Part shown: positions 31,541-48,227 of the stretch, in pieces
Layout: each line of letters begins with the position of its first letter
How positions within the stretch are numbered: position 1 is the first letter of the stretch
DNA from: Selaginella moellendorffii
Taxonomy: Eukaryota > Plantae > Lycopodiophyta
Direction: 5' to 3'
Assembly: GCF_000143415.4 (NCBI RefSeq)
Contig: NW_003314284.1
Location: 1,470,693 to 1,534,692, forward strand
Length of the DNA: 64,000 nucleotides
Translations under genes and position numbers: made by a program
Notes under the pieces: model-generated
The model's input: the letters and a program-made list of their open reading frames with translations, nothing else
Told to the model about the DNA's origin: nothing
Database searches by the model: none

Positions 31541-32848
31541 TTAGCTAAATGGCGAGGAGACCTTTTCAGCCTGCACGCTCGAGCTCGCTCTTCTCGACTT
31601 TAGCTCCTGCGCCGCCAGGCAGCTCTCCGGGAACACATTCTTGCCCGCCACACCATACGCATTGCTACACCTCGCATCAGCATTCGCCCCATTGATTGCC
31701 TGAGTGATCTCCACGTTGTCCAGCTCGATTCCGTCGCAGCCCACGACCTGGCTACACCTGAGCGTGATCGCCGTCTTGGTCTTGGAGGTACCGCTGATGT
31801 TCTTGTACCTCACGCCACTGATGCTCACGCCACTCACCTCCTCTGCCGCCGCCTCCGCGCCACAGTCGTGCTCGTGCGCGTCGCAGTAGGCCTGGTCGAT
31901 GATGATGGGGTTGGCCACCTCGTCCATCCTCACGTCCTCGAAGCTCACATCGCTCACCGTGCCATGCCCATTCTTGTAGCTCTTGATCCTCACCCCGTTG
32001 GTGGTTCCAATCAGATTAGCGTTGCGGACTCTCACACCGGACACCACGTCGCCACCGCCCAAGCTCCCAATGCTGATTCCATGGCCGGGGCCGCACACGA
32101 TGGAGCTCACGTCGATGTTGGAGGAGCCCCCGACGATGGAGACGCAGTCGTCACCCGCGGCAACCATGACGTACTTGATCACGACATCCTGCGAGTTCGT
32201 GATGTGGATACCGTCGGTGTTTGGGCTGTTGCCGGGGGAGTTGATCCGCAGCCACTGCGCGGCTACGTGCTGGCAGCCATTAAAGTTGACGTGCATGCGC
32301 GGGCTGTTGACCACCTCCAGGCCGTTGACCCGGAGGTTCTTGACCGTGTTGAACTCGATCGAGGTCGGGGCTTTCCTACACGACGTCGACCCCGCCGTGG
32401 GCTTGCAGGCCCGAGACCACCACGATGCGCCGTTTCCGTCCAGCGTCCCGGTTGCCTCCACCTTGAGGCCTTCGAGGTTCTTGATCTGGATCCAGGGGGC
32501 GGAGTTGGAGTTGCTCCACGAGGATGCGTCCGGGGCGTGGATGTTGCCCTCGATACGTATCTTTGTGTTGGGCTTGCATGGGCCCTGGAGTGAGACCTGG
32601 GCGATGAGGAACGTCTTGCCACCGGGGATGAGAAGCGTTGCGTCTGGGGATTTGCATGCATCTTGCCATGCTCTCTCGAGGGCTTGCGTGTCATCTGTGA
32701 CGCCGTCACCTTTGGCACCGTAGTCTTGCAAGTTGAAGGTCGTGCCACCGATCAGGCAAGAGGGCTTGGAACTGGAAGAGGTCTTGCTCCCTGATGCAAG
32801 AGCTGCACAAGTCCATACCATGAACAACAATAGAATTCCTCTGAACAT
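31541..32848 (-). CDS. Polygalacturonase (GH28), secreted, intronless
   Basis: Signal peptide; YGAKGDG, SPNTDG, GDDC, CGPGHGISIGSLG and RIKS motifs. Confidence 0.95.
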   Translation of the reverse strand: MFRGILLLFMVWTCAALASGSKTSSSSKPSCLIGGTTFNLQDYGAKGDGVTDDTQALERAWQDACKSPDATLLIPGGKTFLIAQVSLQGPCKPNTKIRIEGNIHAPDASSWSNSNSAPWIQIKNLEGLKVEATGTLDGNGASWWSRACKPTAGSTSCRKAPTSIEFNTVKNLRVNGLEVVNSPRMHVNFNGCQHVAAQWLRINSPGNSPNTDGIHITNSQDVVIKYVMVAAGDDCVSIVGGSSNIDVSSIVCGPGHGISIGSLGGGDVVSGVRVRNANLIGTTNGVRIKSYKNGHGTVSDVSFEDVRMDEVANPIIIDQAYCDAHEHDCGAEAAAEEVSGVSISGVRYKNISGTSKTKTAITLRCSQVVGCDGIELDNVEITQAINGANADARCSNAYGVAGKNVFPESCLAAQELKSRRASSSVQAEKVSSPFS

Positions 32849-33683
32849 TGCTACGTGAAACCCTACTATAGAGAATGTTATTATATAGTTTTTGTCACCT
32901 TTTCCACAATTAGTGGATATTCTGGTCTAACATCCTTATAGAAAACTTTTCCCTTACTCATCAACTTATCGAATATATTTTCTAAATATATCACTTTTTT
33001 TATCAAAAGAGAATGATGCTTTGTGGCGATCTGGCCCAAGTGGATCTGATGTGGGGTTTATATTCAAATATCTGGCTGCAAAGAAGATTCTGCAAGATTC
33101 TTTTTCATAAGATTCTTTGGTTTGTAATGAACATACTATAGGCACCTTTGGCAATGCCTTCTATGCCCCTCTGGCCAGGTAAAAGATGTCTATCATGTTC
33201 TATATGACGTGAAGCTCAATTCCCTGGGATCCTTTGGGCTGAGAGGGATCTCCCTAGTCAGGCTGCTTTGTACCACTTGGCTATCTACTTGCGTAGAACA
33301 GAAGAGATTCGGGTGGCTCAAACAAGAGAGTGTAGGGTGTAGTAGAATTCCTCTTCTTCCTTCCAAGTGGTCTTTATCTCGAGATAGGCTTTAACAGACC
33401 TGTATTATTATTATTGCCAATACAATTTCTCTTTCTCTTGGTAAAAAAACACTTATACAAACTCTAGATTTGATTGAGTTTCTCGGGATAATTTAAGTTG
33501 CAATACTCCACATATTAAAAAATCTACTGTAAATTAAATATAAACCTACATGGATTAAGATTTTAGTTAGTTTATATAAATAAAGCCAAATGTTTGAAAA
33601 AAGCTCTAATCGTTAAATCTATATGGGTTATTACTAGAAAAAATTTCTGGGGGAGAAAGAAAAAGAATCATAATTTTTCCTTT

Positions 33684-37244
<3,561 letters not shown>

Positions 37245-38048
37245 CGGAGAGTGCCTGGAATCCTGAGCTCTTCCTTGAGCTCGCGAATTCATGAGACTAC
37301 CGATCGACACGTCGCGCTGCCCGAGGCGCCGATCGCCGGATCCTATAACCCTAATAGTCCAGCGCCTAGCGGTTACACCGTAAAGCTCCAAACCCTAGTT
37401 TCCGCCATAGCCAAAAAGGGATATAAATTTCGAAAAGAAAAAGGAAGAGGAGGATCCATCCCGGTTGCTTCGGTGAAGGACTCGCCCAGCCTTTACACAC
37501 AGGCTTACGTTGCCTGACGTGGCGGAGCTCCAGCCCTTAAAACTGCCACGCGGGCGAGATGCCACGCACTAACCAGTGTCAACGCTTTATAACGAGAAAG
37601 AGAGGAAGAAAGTTCGCGTCAAATGGGCGAAAATAAAATTAGTAAAGGAGTGACTTTGCGAGCCTCAGATTTTTCCGCATCTCCACTCAAGATCCAAGCT
37701 CTCTTCTTTTTCGTTTTCTCGGTGGAGTGGTGTCGGATCTCCACGGCCCTGTTCTTGAGAAAAAGACCACTGCGGTGATGGAAAAGGCCAGCATAGTGAA
37801 GCTGGCCTCCTCGGTGGCGAAGCTTTTCATAGCTAGGAATCAAATCCCACGCCGTTCAATCCATCCTCTCTCTCATGATGCCTCTCCATGTCGAGACTCA
37901 AGTACCTCCATGTCGGAGAGACTCTCACTTCACTTCTTCTTCCTGTTGTTCATTTCATTGGATTTATCAATCCTTATCACCACATTGTATTTTACACCAG
38001 CCGTTATTCACGAAAGAAAACGAGAACGAAAATTTCGAGAGCGTCGAC

Positions 38049-40449
38049 TTACGCTGTCACGGTTTGCTTCTTGCAATAGTTCTCCAGCCACTCCATGGTC
38101 ATGCTCTTTGGCCTTTCAATTGGAAGACCAAGTGCGCGATCCCACACCAGCTGAAGGATACAAGCAGTCAATTGGAGAGCTTGGAAGCACAATGCTAGTA
38201 CCTGTGCGAGAACGCCTAAGGCCCGAGAGACGCCAAACAACACGGTGTAGTAGCTGCGAGAAGAAAAGTAAAGTGGTCAGAGCCTTTTCCTTTAATGAGA
38301 AAAAAAAGAGAGGAAAAAGAGGAAAAAACGTACTTCTCTTCAGTCAACCCGAAGTATTGTAGAAGTACTCCGCTATGCGCATCCACGTTAGGCCAAGGAT
38401 TTTTCACCTGGAAGGGGGGCATTATGATTGCCGTGAATAGCGAGTATTACCTTTCCCGTTTCAAGAAGAATATCAGGCACAACTTCGTAAAGATTGGATA
38501 CCTGTGATCAGAGTGTGGCCAAATGAGAAAATAAAGCAACAATTGAAGGCTACCATTTTGAAGATCGGATCGTCGGGCAGATGCTTTAGTGCAAATTCGC
38601 GCTGGCAAGTGTACCTAGGGTCCGTTTTACGCAGCACTGCATGTCCATAGCCTGGAACCACCTGTACAGCAGAGTTAAGCAACTGATTTTTAAAATTTTT
38701 TTCATTCCAAACAAAGCTGACCTTTCCACTATTCAAAGTATCTTTTACGTATTTTGTCAGCTTTTCCTTGGAAGCATCAGCTCCGATCGCTTCAACGGCT
38801 TCATTAATCCAACGCAACACTTCCTGATTGAGTTTCAGACTTCAGGCCAGAACACACGATGATAAACTCAAACCTGGTTTGCAAGACCATGCAATGGACC
38901 CGCCAAGCCATTCATTCCGGCCGCAAAAGAAAGGTACGGGTCCGATAGTGCACTCCCCACCTAGAGATAAATAGAGTCATCAAGAGTATTTTTGGAGAAG
39001 ACCACAAAAACTTACCAGGCGCACGGTGTGTGCACTAACATTTCCTCCCTCGTGATCGCTGAAAGTCAATTACGCCATCCTCAGTTCACGGCAAAGGAAA
39101 CTGTAGCAGACTAACCTATGAATAGTAAGATACAGGCGCATCAGCTCATGCATTTTGGGCTCCTTAAAACCCAGCATGTGAGCAAAGTTTGCTCCATAAT
39201 CCAGCGACTTGTTTGACTCAATCAGCTTGCCTCCATGGTATGTTCTGCAGCGAAAACATTTAGCATCACTACAAGTTGCAAATTATGCAAACCTTTGGTA
39301 GATGTAGGACGCTAGGCCTGGCAACCTAGCAATCAAGTTCATCGAATCTTCGTACACTGGTTCCCAAAACCTAGACACACCGCTCAATTATCAGGAATAT
39401 ATATAACTACGACTACTCACTTTGATTTGTGAATTCCCTTCTCATACGCCTTCTGAAACTCGCTGTCGGTCTGTAGCACGAGCTCAGTAAGTGTTCTCGA
39501 ACTACGTCAAACACTTACTTGCAAAGCCATAACTCCAGCAGTCAACTGTGTCATTGGATGCGCATTACTCGGAAGTGCATTCACAACGTCATACACATGA
39601 CCTGTATCAAACACATTTCTGTGAGACAAGCAAAAAAATTGTAATCAAACTTGCCCGGAATGTCAGAACGAGAAGCCCAGTCTTTCGTCAATGTCGCAGC
39701 TTGTTCCTTACTGGGAACCTGAAGGGAACAATGTATAAGAAAGTCAAAACATTTGAAAGCCTAATGCCTTACCTCACCAGTAACAAGCAGCCAAAACAGT
39801 CCTTCTGGTATCGGTTCACCGTCGGAAACGGCAGCTGGAAGCTTCTCTTGACACTCTGGAATGGACAAGCCCCGAAAACGAATACCCTGTTTGCCAAGGA
39901 CGCTGAAACAGCAAAGAACAAATAAATCCTTGACTACCTCTTCAGGATCGAGCAGGGACGTCTCCCAAAGCATGCCTTTAATCCCTCGCATTCCACCAAT
40001 GGCCTGAAACGAATAGAGAGATCATAGATATGACTAACTAGCTCAAACAAACGCATACCATATCGACTGTGGTTTGGCCGAGCGGAACTGATCCATGCTC
40101 CTTTTTCAGCTTTTTCAGTCGCTCCTATAGAGAAGACGATAGTGCTCATCTACCGCCTTCCAGAAAAGCTCAGTGACCTCACCTGTTCTCCCGGAATCAG
40201 TTCCACCAGCCGCGATCGAAGATCCTACAAGAATTGCCAGCACAAATCACACGCCAGATCCCGAAATATCGCACGGGCAAGCGCCTACCGTCGTCAGCAA
40301 TCGCCGAAACCACCAATGCGGAGCAATCTCGCAACCAGCCTGCACGGATCAATCACAGGAGCTAAGACGAGGTCGAGAGATGCGACGACACAGACCGAAA
40401 TGCGGCGAAGCTTGGACGCCACACCGCGCGCTCTGCCGCCCATTGCCAT
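38049..40449 (-). CDS. Mitochondrial-type citrate synthase; many short exons
   Basis: [82 protein letters not shown]. Confidence 0.95.
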
Positions 40450-40560
40450 CGCTCTTCCTCTGCCCCAACCCTAGCGCCTTCGTCTGACGCTTTTGATCTT
40501 TTTGATCTTGCAACGTGGCGCCGTACGAGCTAAACCCCAGCTCCCCTGTTTTTAGGGCAA

Positions 40561-42676
40561 ATGGGGGAGGAAGGGCCGCCGTGCTACCTCCCAGAGGTCG
40601 ACGAGGAGGACGAGGTTTGTATAGGAGAGCGATGTTTCACTCGGCCGTACAGATTCTATGTACCTCCAGTTCACTACAAGCGCGTTCCATCGCGGGTGAG
40701 CTAGCTTAGATGTAATGCATACCCGCATTTTCATTCATTGGGACTAATTCCTCTTGCAGGAGTATAGATGGAAGCTGGGAGCGAAGATCAGCCCCGCGAA
40801 TGGATTTCTTGTCAAGTTCCAGCGCGCTCTTGCGTTTCCAGATTGCTTGGGCTTGTGTGAGTTTCTTTTCCTCCTCTTTCAAATGGTTCTTACTTTTAGT
40901 TTGTAATCCAGCCGACGATGCAAGATGGCGATGGCAGTGGTGTCCTCTCTCCCTTGTCTTGGGGATCAAAGTGACGAAAGAGGACTGGAAAAAAGAGGAC
41001 TGGAGAATGGATTCCTCGCGCACATTTGCTTATGCGAAGATCAAGCCAATGTCACTGTTTTGCGGGAAGCTAGGTACTGCAGCTTTTATTCTCCTAGTGG
41101 TTTGATCTTTCACTTTTTCCATCGTTTAGTGATTGAAGGGTGTTGGGCTGTGCAGCCCTGCGTCCTGTCGTCGAGCTTTTTCCCGTGCCTGCGCTGAGCA
41201 TAACGAGAACGTTTGATGCTGGTGGTGGCGAAGCGAAACTATGCGCAAGCGTAGAGGTTTTGGGCATGATTGTTTTGTGGTGTGCTAAGTAAGGTGTTCT
41301 AGTTCTCTGACAGGTTAATGGCTCACTTGGACCTCAATGGAGATTAAAGCTCGACTGGCAAGCTGCAAATCTGGTAAGCAGATATTTATATTTGGGGAAA
41401 CCATTGCAACTTTTCTGCAGTTTAGAGTATTAGTTCAACAAGGAGAGGATGTTTTATCAATCCAGTACTCGAAGCGGATCAAAATCTCAAAGACATGTCA
41501 AGCGGTGAGTTGGAAACTCTCGGCAGTGGCGATTTTCACTGGTCATAAGACTTGGTTTCCAGGTTGCTACTGGAGAATTAGATGTTCCATCAAATGCGTT
41601 TTGTGGAAATTTGGCAACCAGCTTGCCGGCTCGACTAAAAATCGCTTCTATCAAACTGTCGCAAATCTTAAGCAAGCGGGTACTTCGACTTTATCTTAAA
41701 AGTTTGTCTAGTGATTGTCTCTGTTTTGGCAGACAAAAAGGCACAAAGTACTACCTACGTCTACGTACCTCAAATCCTCGCGTGAAATCGGTAAGAGTGA
41801 CCGAATCACAGTCGTTCCAGGTCATTGGATAGATCCTGGATATGAACCTGGTGCTCCTGGCGAGCGGGAATTCAACCTTGATGTAAGTTACGCTGGTTGT
41901 ACTGAACTTCTAATGTTTTTTCTTTGTTCTCCAAGGTCGTCAATGTCTTGGAGCGACAACTTCGCCGAAATGGCTGGCAAGTTTTACGTCCTGATCGCGA
42001 CGCTCCAAACCTCTCCTGGGAGGAGTATTTGAATTGGGTGTCTAGACAGGTAGCATCAATTGTTGTAAGATCAATCGTGTTTACCGTTCGTGTAGAGTTT
42101 GAAGGGAACGCCAGTTCTAGAGATTCACGGACAGGTTCGTGTTCTGGTTTTGATGATATGATTTCTCATGTAATTTTCGTACTGCAGGGATCGAATGCTG
42201 ATTATAGAGGCTTTGTGCTTGGAGTAATTGGCGACCCGGAAACACCTTTGGGTCGGGTATATCACTTCCCTGCTGCTTCTCGGCAGTATAAACTCCTTGT
42301 TTTTCTCCAGGAACTTTCCAAGGACTTTGGAATTTTTGACATGGACTGGTCGGATCTTGCGGTGCCCTGTCGCGGCGGGATAATCCTCGAGAGCTTCAAC
42401 TCGGACGAGGTAACCTGGAGAAATCATCTGAAGCTCACCATAGCTCACACTTTGTTTCGTTTGAGATCCAAAGGTTTTGGAAATGGCACCTTGGCATCGA
42501 GCTTGCGCTGTGAGGAGACTCGCCAACAGGATCATAACTTGCATCGAGCGAGCGAGCTACGCGAATCGAGGCGCTCGAGGGATGATCCACGAGACCCGGA
42601 CGGACGGCGGCGATGTGAGCACATTAGAATATCCGGAAATTTAAAAACGAATAGTTTAGAGAAGCTCCAGCGCTAG
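40561..42676 (+). CDS. Possible multi-exon gene of unknown function; exon structure unresolved, may be a pseudogene
   Basis: ATG at 40561 divergent from citrate synthase; alternating exon-like blocks and T-rich GT-AG segments; long terminal ORF ending 42676; no recognisable motif. Confidence 0.35.
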
Positions 42677-42888
42677 AAAGATCGATCCATGAATAACATA
42701 TCCTTGACGAGAACAACACACACAAGATTTGTGGGTACGCCCCTCGAAAGCATGCCAAGATTGGGCGCCACGCCCTTTGGGCAGGTCATTCGCATTGTCG
42801 TCCTCGCCCACTCCCCTAGCTCTTGAAATAGAGAGAAAATTGGCGCGCCATTGCGATGAGAATCCTCCAATCCCGGCAGAAATCCACG

Positions 42889-44825
42889 ATGCAAAGCTCC
42901 GCGCTGGTGCTGCTGCTGGCGCTGATGATCGCGCGAGGTAAGGAAAACAGAAGCGAGATTGGATGATCGATCGATCGATCGCCCCAATCTTTCGCGCAAT
43001 TTTTTAAATGTTTTCTCTTGAATCTTCTTCTTCTTCCTCGCGCGCGCGCAGGGACGGGCGCCGACGAGACCTATCCCTACTCGTTCCTCCGCGACGCCGC
43101 CGACTCCCCGGTGTACGAGCAGTACGACTACATCATAGTGGGCGGCGGCACCGCCGGCTGCCCTCTGGCGGCGACGCTCTCCCGCTACTTCCGCGTCCTC
43201 GTCCTGGAGCGCGGTCCCTCGCCCTATGGCAACGCCAACATCACGCGCATCGAGAACTTTGGGCGCAGCCTCAACGACACCGAGGGGCAATTCACGCCCG
43301 CGCAGGCCTTCACGTCCACCGACGGCGTTCGCAACACTCGCCCGCGCGTCCTGGGCGGTGGTAGCTGCCTCAACGCTGGCTTCTACACGCGCGCCAGCCC
43401 CGACTACGTGCGCAGGGTTGGCTGGGATGCGCGCCTGGTTAACCAGTCGTATCCGTGGGTGGAGAGGGTGGTGGCGTTCGTGCCGCAGCTGGGAGCGTTC
43501 CAGAGCGCATTTAGGGCGGGGCTGCTGGAGACCGGGGTGACGCCGGACAATGGCGCCACTTTCGATCACATCTATGGGACCAAGACTGGGGGGTCGATCT
43601 TCGACCATCAGGGCAACCGCCACACCGCCGCCGACCTCCTCCGCTACGCCAGCGCCAGGAATATACTCGTGCTCCTCCGCGCCAGCGTCCAGAGGATCCT
43701 CTTCGACACCTCAGGTGAATTTCTCCTCTCTTCTCCACTTGTTGTCATCGACTTCTTTCTCTCTGTCCGATCGATTCGATTGATTCGATAACTCCTCCTC
43801 GATTCTCTGCGATTGGCGTGAGCCACCGAAGCCCGATCTCTCAGATTTTCTCGAATTTCTGGGATCCCCTGTTTCCTTATTTTACTATCTTTCTCTTCTC
43901 GGCCGGATCGTCGTGTGTGTAGGTTACCAGCCGCGCGCGATCGGGGTCCAATACCGCGATGCCAACAGCCGGATGCACATCGCGCGCCTCAATTCCAATC
44001 GCCAGAGCCAGGTGATCCTGTCCGCGGGCGCCATGGGCAGCCCCCAGCTGCTGATGCTCAATGGCATCGGGCCGCGCGCGCACCTCGAGAGCATGGGCAT
44101 CCGCGTGCTCGTCAATCTCCCAGGCGTCGGCCAGGGCATGGCGGACAACCCCATGAACACCGTCTACCTCCTCTCGCCCGCGCCCGTGGAGACGAACCTC
44201 ATCCAGGTGGTCGGGATCACGCACTACGGCAGCTTCATCGAGGCGGGCAGCGGCGAGCTCGATGGATTGAGCGCGGGCGTGCTGCTCGAGAAGGTGATCG
44301 GCCCCAGATCGAGCGGCCAGATGACGCTCACCTCGCTCGACGCCGCGGACAATCCCCAGGTCACCTTCAATTACTTCCAGGACCCGGAAGATCTCCAGAG
44401 CTGCGTGGAAGGGATCAACCAGATCGAGGAGATCATCCTCTCCAGCTCCATGCGCCGCTTTCGCTACGACGCCCAAGCTCTTCCCTCGGGCGGGACGGTG
44501 GCATCGCCGGTCCGCGCGGATTCAACGCTCCGGTCGTCGGTCAATGTCACGCTGGCCAGCTTCTGCAGGTCGACCGTACAGACCATCTGGCACTACCACG
44601 GTGGCTGCCAGGTGGGCAGAGTCGTGGACAGCGACTACCACGTGTTAGGCGTTGATGCGCTGCGCGTCATCGACGGCTCCACGTTTAACTTCTCGCCCGG
44701 TACGAACCCTCAAGCGACGGTCATGATGCTGGGAAGGTAAGTGAGATATTCGTTTTTTTCTTTGATGTGATTGGTGTTCCAGGTATATGGGATTGAGGAT
44801 TATTGCGGAGCGTATGCGCCGCTAG
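42889..44825 (+). CDS. HOTHEAD-like GMC oxidoreductase; 4 exons
   Basis: Signal peptide; YDYIIVGGGTAGCPLAATLS, RPRVLGGGSCLNAGFY, PGVGQGMADNP, TIWHYHGGC, SPGTNPQATVMMLGRY. Confidence 0.93.
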
Positions 44826-45145
44826 ATAGGCGAGATTCTAGCCCTCCATTCTTTTAGAAGAAAGAAAACCGCGAAGCTATGTATCCGTTAAACCATTCGA
44901 ACCGAAAAATCTTGGTCGCATCGTCTTCTCGCGAAGCCCTAAGGACGTGTGCTAGGGTTTCTCGATTCTCCGCCCAGGTATGATCGCGATGATCCCTCCA
45001 TCGCTCGCTGGATTCCACCGCTGGTGCGATTGGCGGATCGCGCGCTAGAGCGGCCGCGATTGTTTCGCAGGGCAGAGAATGCGGGTGGGGGATTAGCTCT
45101 CCTTGGATTGAGGCAGTGCCAGGGAAGGATGCCAGGGTGAAGATT

Positions 45146-48100
45146 ATGGCCAATGGTCGGGGGCTGATTGATATCCAGGATCTGTGCTCCAGTGCAGCTT
45201 CTCGCGCTCAGGGATTTGCTGCCAGTTCCTTCAAATGCATCGTGGCTCATGTCAAGCGCCCGCGATGCCTGGCGTCTTTCCTGGCCTGGAACCTGGGATT
45301 GACGGCGCTGGAGATCGCGCTCGGGGCAGCAACGTTTGAGATGTCGGCACCACCGCTCCAGAAGCAAATCGTCAAGGTGATCGTCTTCCCACTCTATCTC
45401 CCGCATGCGGTGGGCTTCGCAGTGGCTTGCAAGAAAGGATGCTTCGTTCTCCTGGGAAACTTTGCTGGGCTCTTCGGCGTCAGGCTCTACTTCACGGACA
45501 GGGGCGTGGAAGGCCTGAATTTCTTGAAGTCGGTGGTTCTTTTGGGGGCTGCTACTCTCAGGACGCTCGAGGTCCACTTTTGCAGCTGGATGGTGCGTAG
45601 ATTTTTGTGCTCCGAGACCAGGCTGATACCGACGATCGAATCACTTGGGGATGCTCTGTGGTACTTCCTCGTCACCTGCTTTCTCTCGGCACCTTTCGAG
45701 GCAACCATAGCTTTGATCGAGTGTGTCGGGCGCATGGTGCCGTGGAAGGAGTTTACAATCTGCTGGGCGACATGGTGGCTGGGTGTGGTAGCTGCCTCCA
45801 TCACGGTGTCACCTTTCGTTCTCCACTGCTTCGTGTGGCAGCCCAAGCCGGGGATGTTTAGGCCGGGGAAGATTGTGGAGATTTTTTTGGTCGGGTTCAT
45901 CACCGTGCTGCTGCTGATAACAGTCTACACGCTCGTCATTCCTACGTACGTGAAGCCACTGCCTTATCTTCTCTTTCCAGTCATCGTCTACAGTGCTTTC
46001 CGCTTCAACCGGATGGGATGGGCCTTCATCTTGTGCGGGATCTCCCTTTTTTGCACTTGGTCGACCGTGAAAAAGAAGGGTGCTCTCTACAATATCTCTG
46101 GAGGTGGCCCAACTGTGGAACCGCGGATTGTCATGCAGGTAGAGCTTTTTGTATCTGTTAGCTCAGCTGTAGCTGTGTCACTTGCGGCTGCTGTCAGGGA
46201 GAAGCATCAATTAGCTAAAAAGCTTGAGAAGCTCAATGAGGAGCTTGAAAGTTTAGTGCTCCAGAGAACGCATCAGCTCGTCAAGGCAAATGAGGAGTTA
46301 CAGACGTCGAAGCAAGCAGCAGAACTGGCGAGCCAAGCCAAGTCGGATTTCCTTGCCAACATGAGTCATGAGATCAGGTTTGATTATTCGTCTCGTTTTT
46401 TTTTCGCAGTGCCTTAACATACTTTGTTTTTCCTGTACAGAACTCCTATTCACGGAATACTTGGAATGTCAGCGTTGGTGCTTGGAACTTCTCTCACAGA
46501 TGAGCAGAAGGAGAACATGACCACCGTCAGCGAGTGTGCCGAGTTGCTCCTGCATATCATCAACAGCATTTTGGACCTGGGGAAAATCGAGGCTGGCCGT
46601 TTTGAAGTGGAGTTGATATCTTTTAATCTTCATCACGTCCTGAAGAGCACTGTGCACATTCTACAGCCGCGTGCGCAGGCACACAACCTTCGGCTGAGCT
46701 ATGAAATCGACAGCGCTGTGCCCGAGTTTCTGGTCGGGGACTCGGGAAAGTTGAGGCAGTGCCTGTTAAACTTAGGTGAGGCGGTGGTATACACAGTGAG
46801 CAACTAACTCTGATCCTCCGTGCAGTTGGAAATGCTCTGAAATTCACACCCGAGGGCGAGGTCCGAGTTGAGGTTTCGGTTCACAGGTTCGGAATGCAAG
46901 ACGATTCGGTTCTATCGAGACTTAACGCCTCTCAGTGGTCAGACATGTCAGAAATGATGCTGGAAGTTACAGAGACGAGAAACCTTTTCATGCCTCAACA
47001 CACGCAAGCTCACACCAAGTTTACCAACCGGGGGTCAGCCGACGAAGTGACCATTCTTTACAAGATATCGGATAGTGGGATTGGCATCAGCAAAAACAAG
47101 CTCAAGGATGTCTTCAAGCCCTTCACTCAAGCGGATGCTTCGATTTCTCGCTTATATGGTGGAACAGGACTCGGTCTCTGCGTGGTACAAAGGTAAGTTT
47201 TGGTTTTTCTAAGAACAATCTGGCTAATAAGGAAACTGCAACTGACTTTAAACTCGTTAACAGCTGCGGCGATTTTGCAGATTTGTAGAGCTGATGGGAG
47301 GTCACATACTGGTGGAAAGCGAATATGGAAAAGGCAGTAGTTTTTACATCGTTTTGCCTTACCTCTTGAACAAGGAGGGCGCTGCCCAGGAAGCATCTGG
47401 TTTCTTCGCAACAGCTGCCTCTGTGACTTCTCAAAGTACGTATTTTTTGCATAGGCAACTTATAAGTATTCTGGTTTGTGTAGGAGCCGAGACTACGCAG
47501 GGAAAACCTGTTAGTACTGAAGTCGTAAGCTCAGTTGCAGATGGTCACGAAGCCCCGGCACCTCGGGAATCTACGGACGATGAGATTTCCCGCGTCATGG
47601 TCGCCAAGGATGGCACTCAGCAAGCTCCCAGCCCTGTGACTCCGAAAGAAGAAGTCACTCTAAGCGTCAAGGACCCGAGCATTGTACAAGCAGCAGAAAT
47701 ATCGGTTGACTTAACCAAGCGCATACTCTTGGTGGAGGACAACCTTGTGAATCAGAAGGTTGCGTCTAGACTCCTCCAAAAGCATGGCCACATTGTGACC
47801 GTTGTGGGGGATGGAGTCCAAGCGATAGCGGCCGTGGACGCAAACCGGGACAACATTGATTTGATCCTCATGGACATCCAGGTAGCTTGTTCTTTTCCAA
47901 GTTTCCAGTTTCAAGTCTTCTTTCCAGATGCCGATCATGGATGGATTGGAAGCAACTCGTAGAATACGGGAACAGGAAGCCAGGGATGGTCTGAGAAAAA
48001 TGCCCATAATCGGGTTAACAGCGCATGCCATGCGTGGATACGAGGATACATGTTTTTCAGCGGGAATGGACAGTTACATGGGGAAGCCTTTTGAGATTCG

Positions 48101-48173
48101 CAAGCTTTTAGCTGCCATCGAGATGGTTGCCACTGGCAAGCAAGAAATCCACATCGACGTTCCGGAAGAATAA
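45146..48173 (+). CDS. Hybrid histidine kinase: multi-TM MASE1-like sensor + coiled coil + HisKA + HATPase_c + receiver; ~5-6 exons
   Basis: Hydrophobic N-terminal ~350 aa with WWLG and PLPYLLFP; KSDFLANMSHEIRTPIHG; GDSGKLRQCLLNLVGNALKFT; DSGIGI; YGGTGLGL; LLVEDN...LMDIQMPIMDG...KP. Confidence 0.92.
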
Positions 48174-48227
48174 GTTTCGAGGAAGCCAACTTATCATTTA
48201 TCATCTCAAGGATCCAGACAGAGGGAG

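Noticed and set aside
41870-41990. TIR-like DVSYAG motif in the orphan locus
   Set aside because: The VSYAG residues come from a probable intron starting GTAAG; no other TIR features
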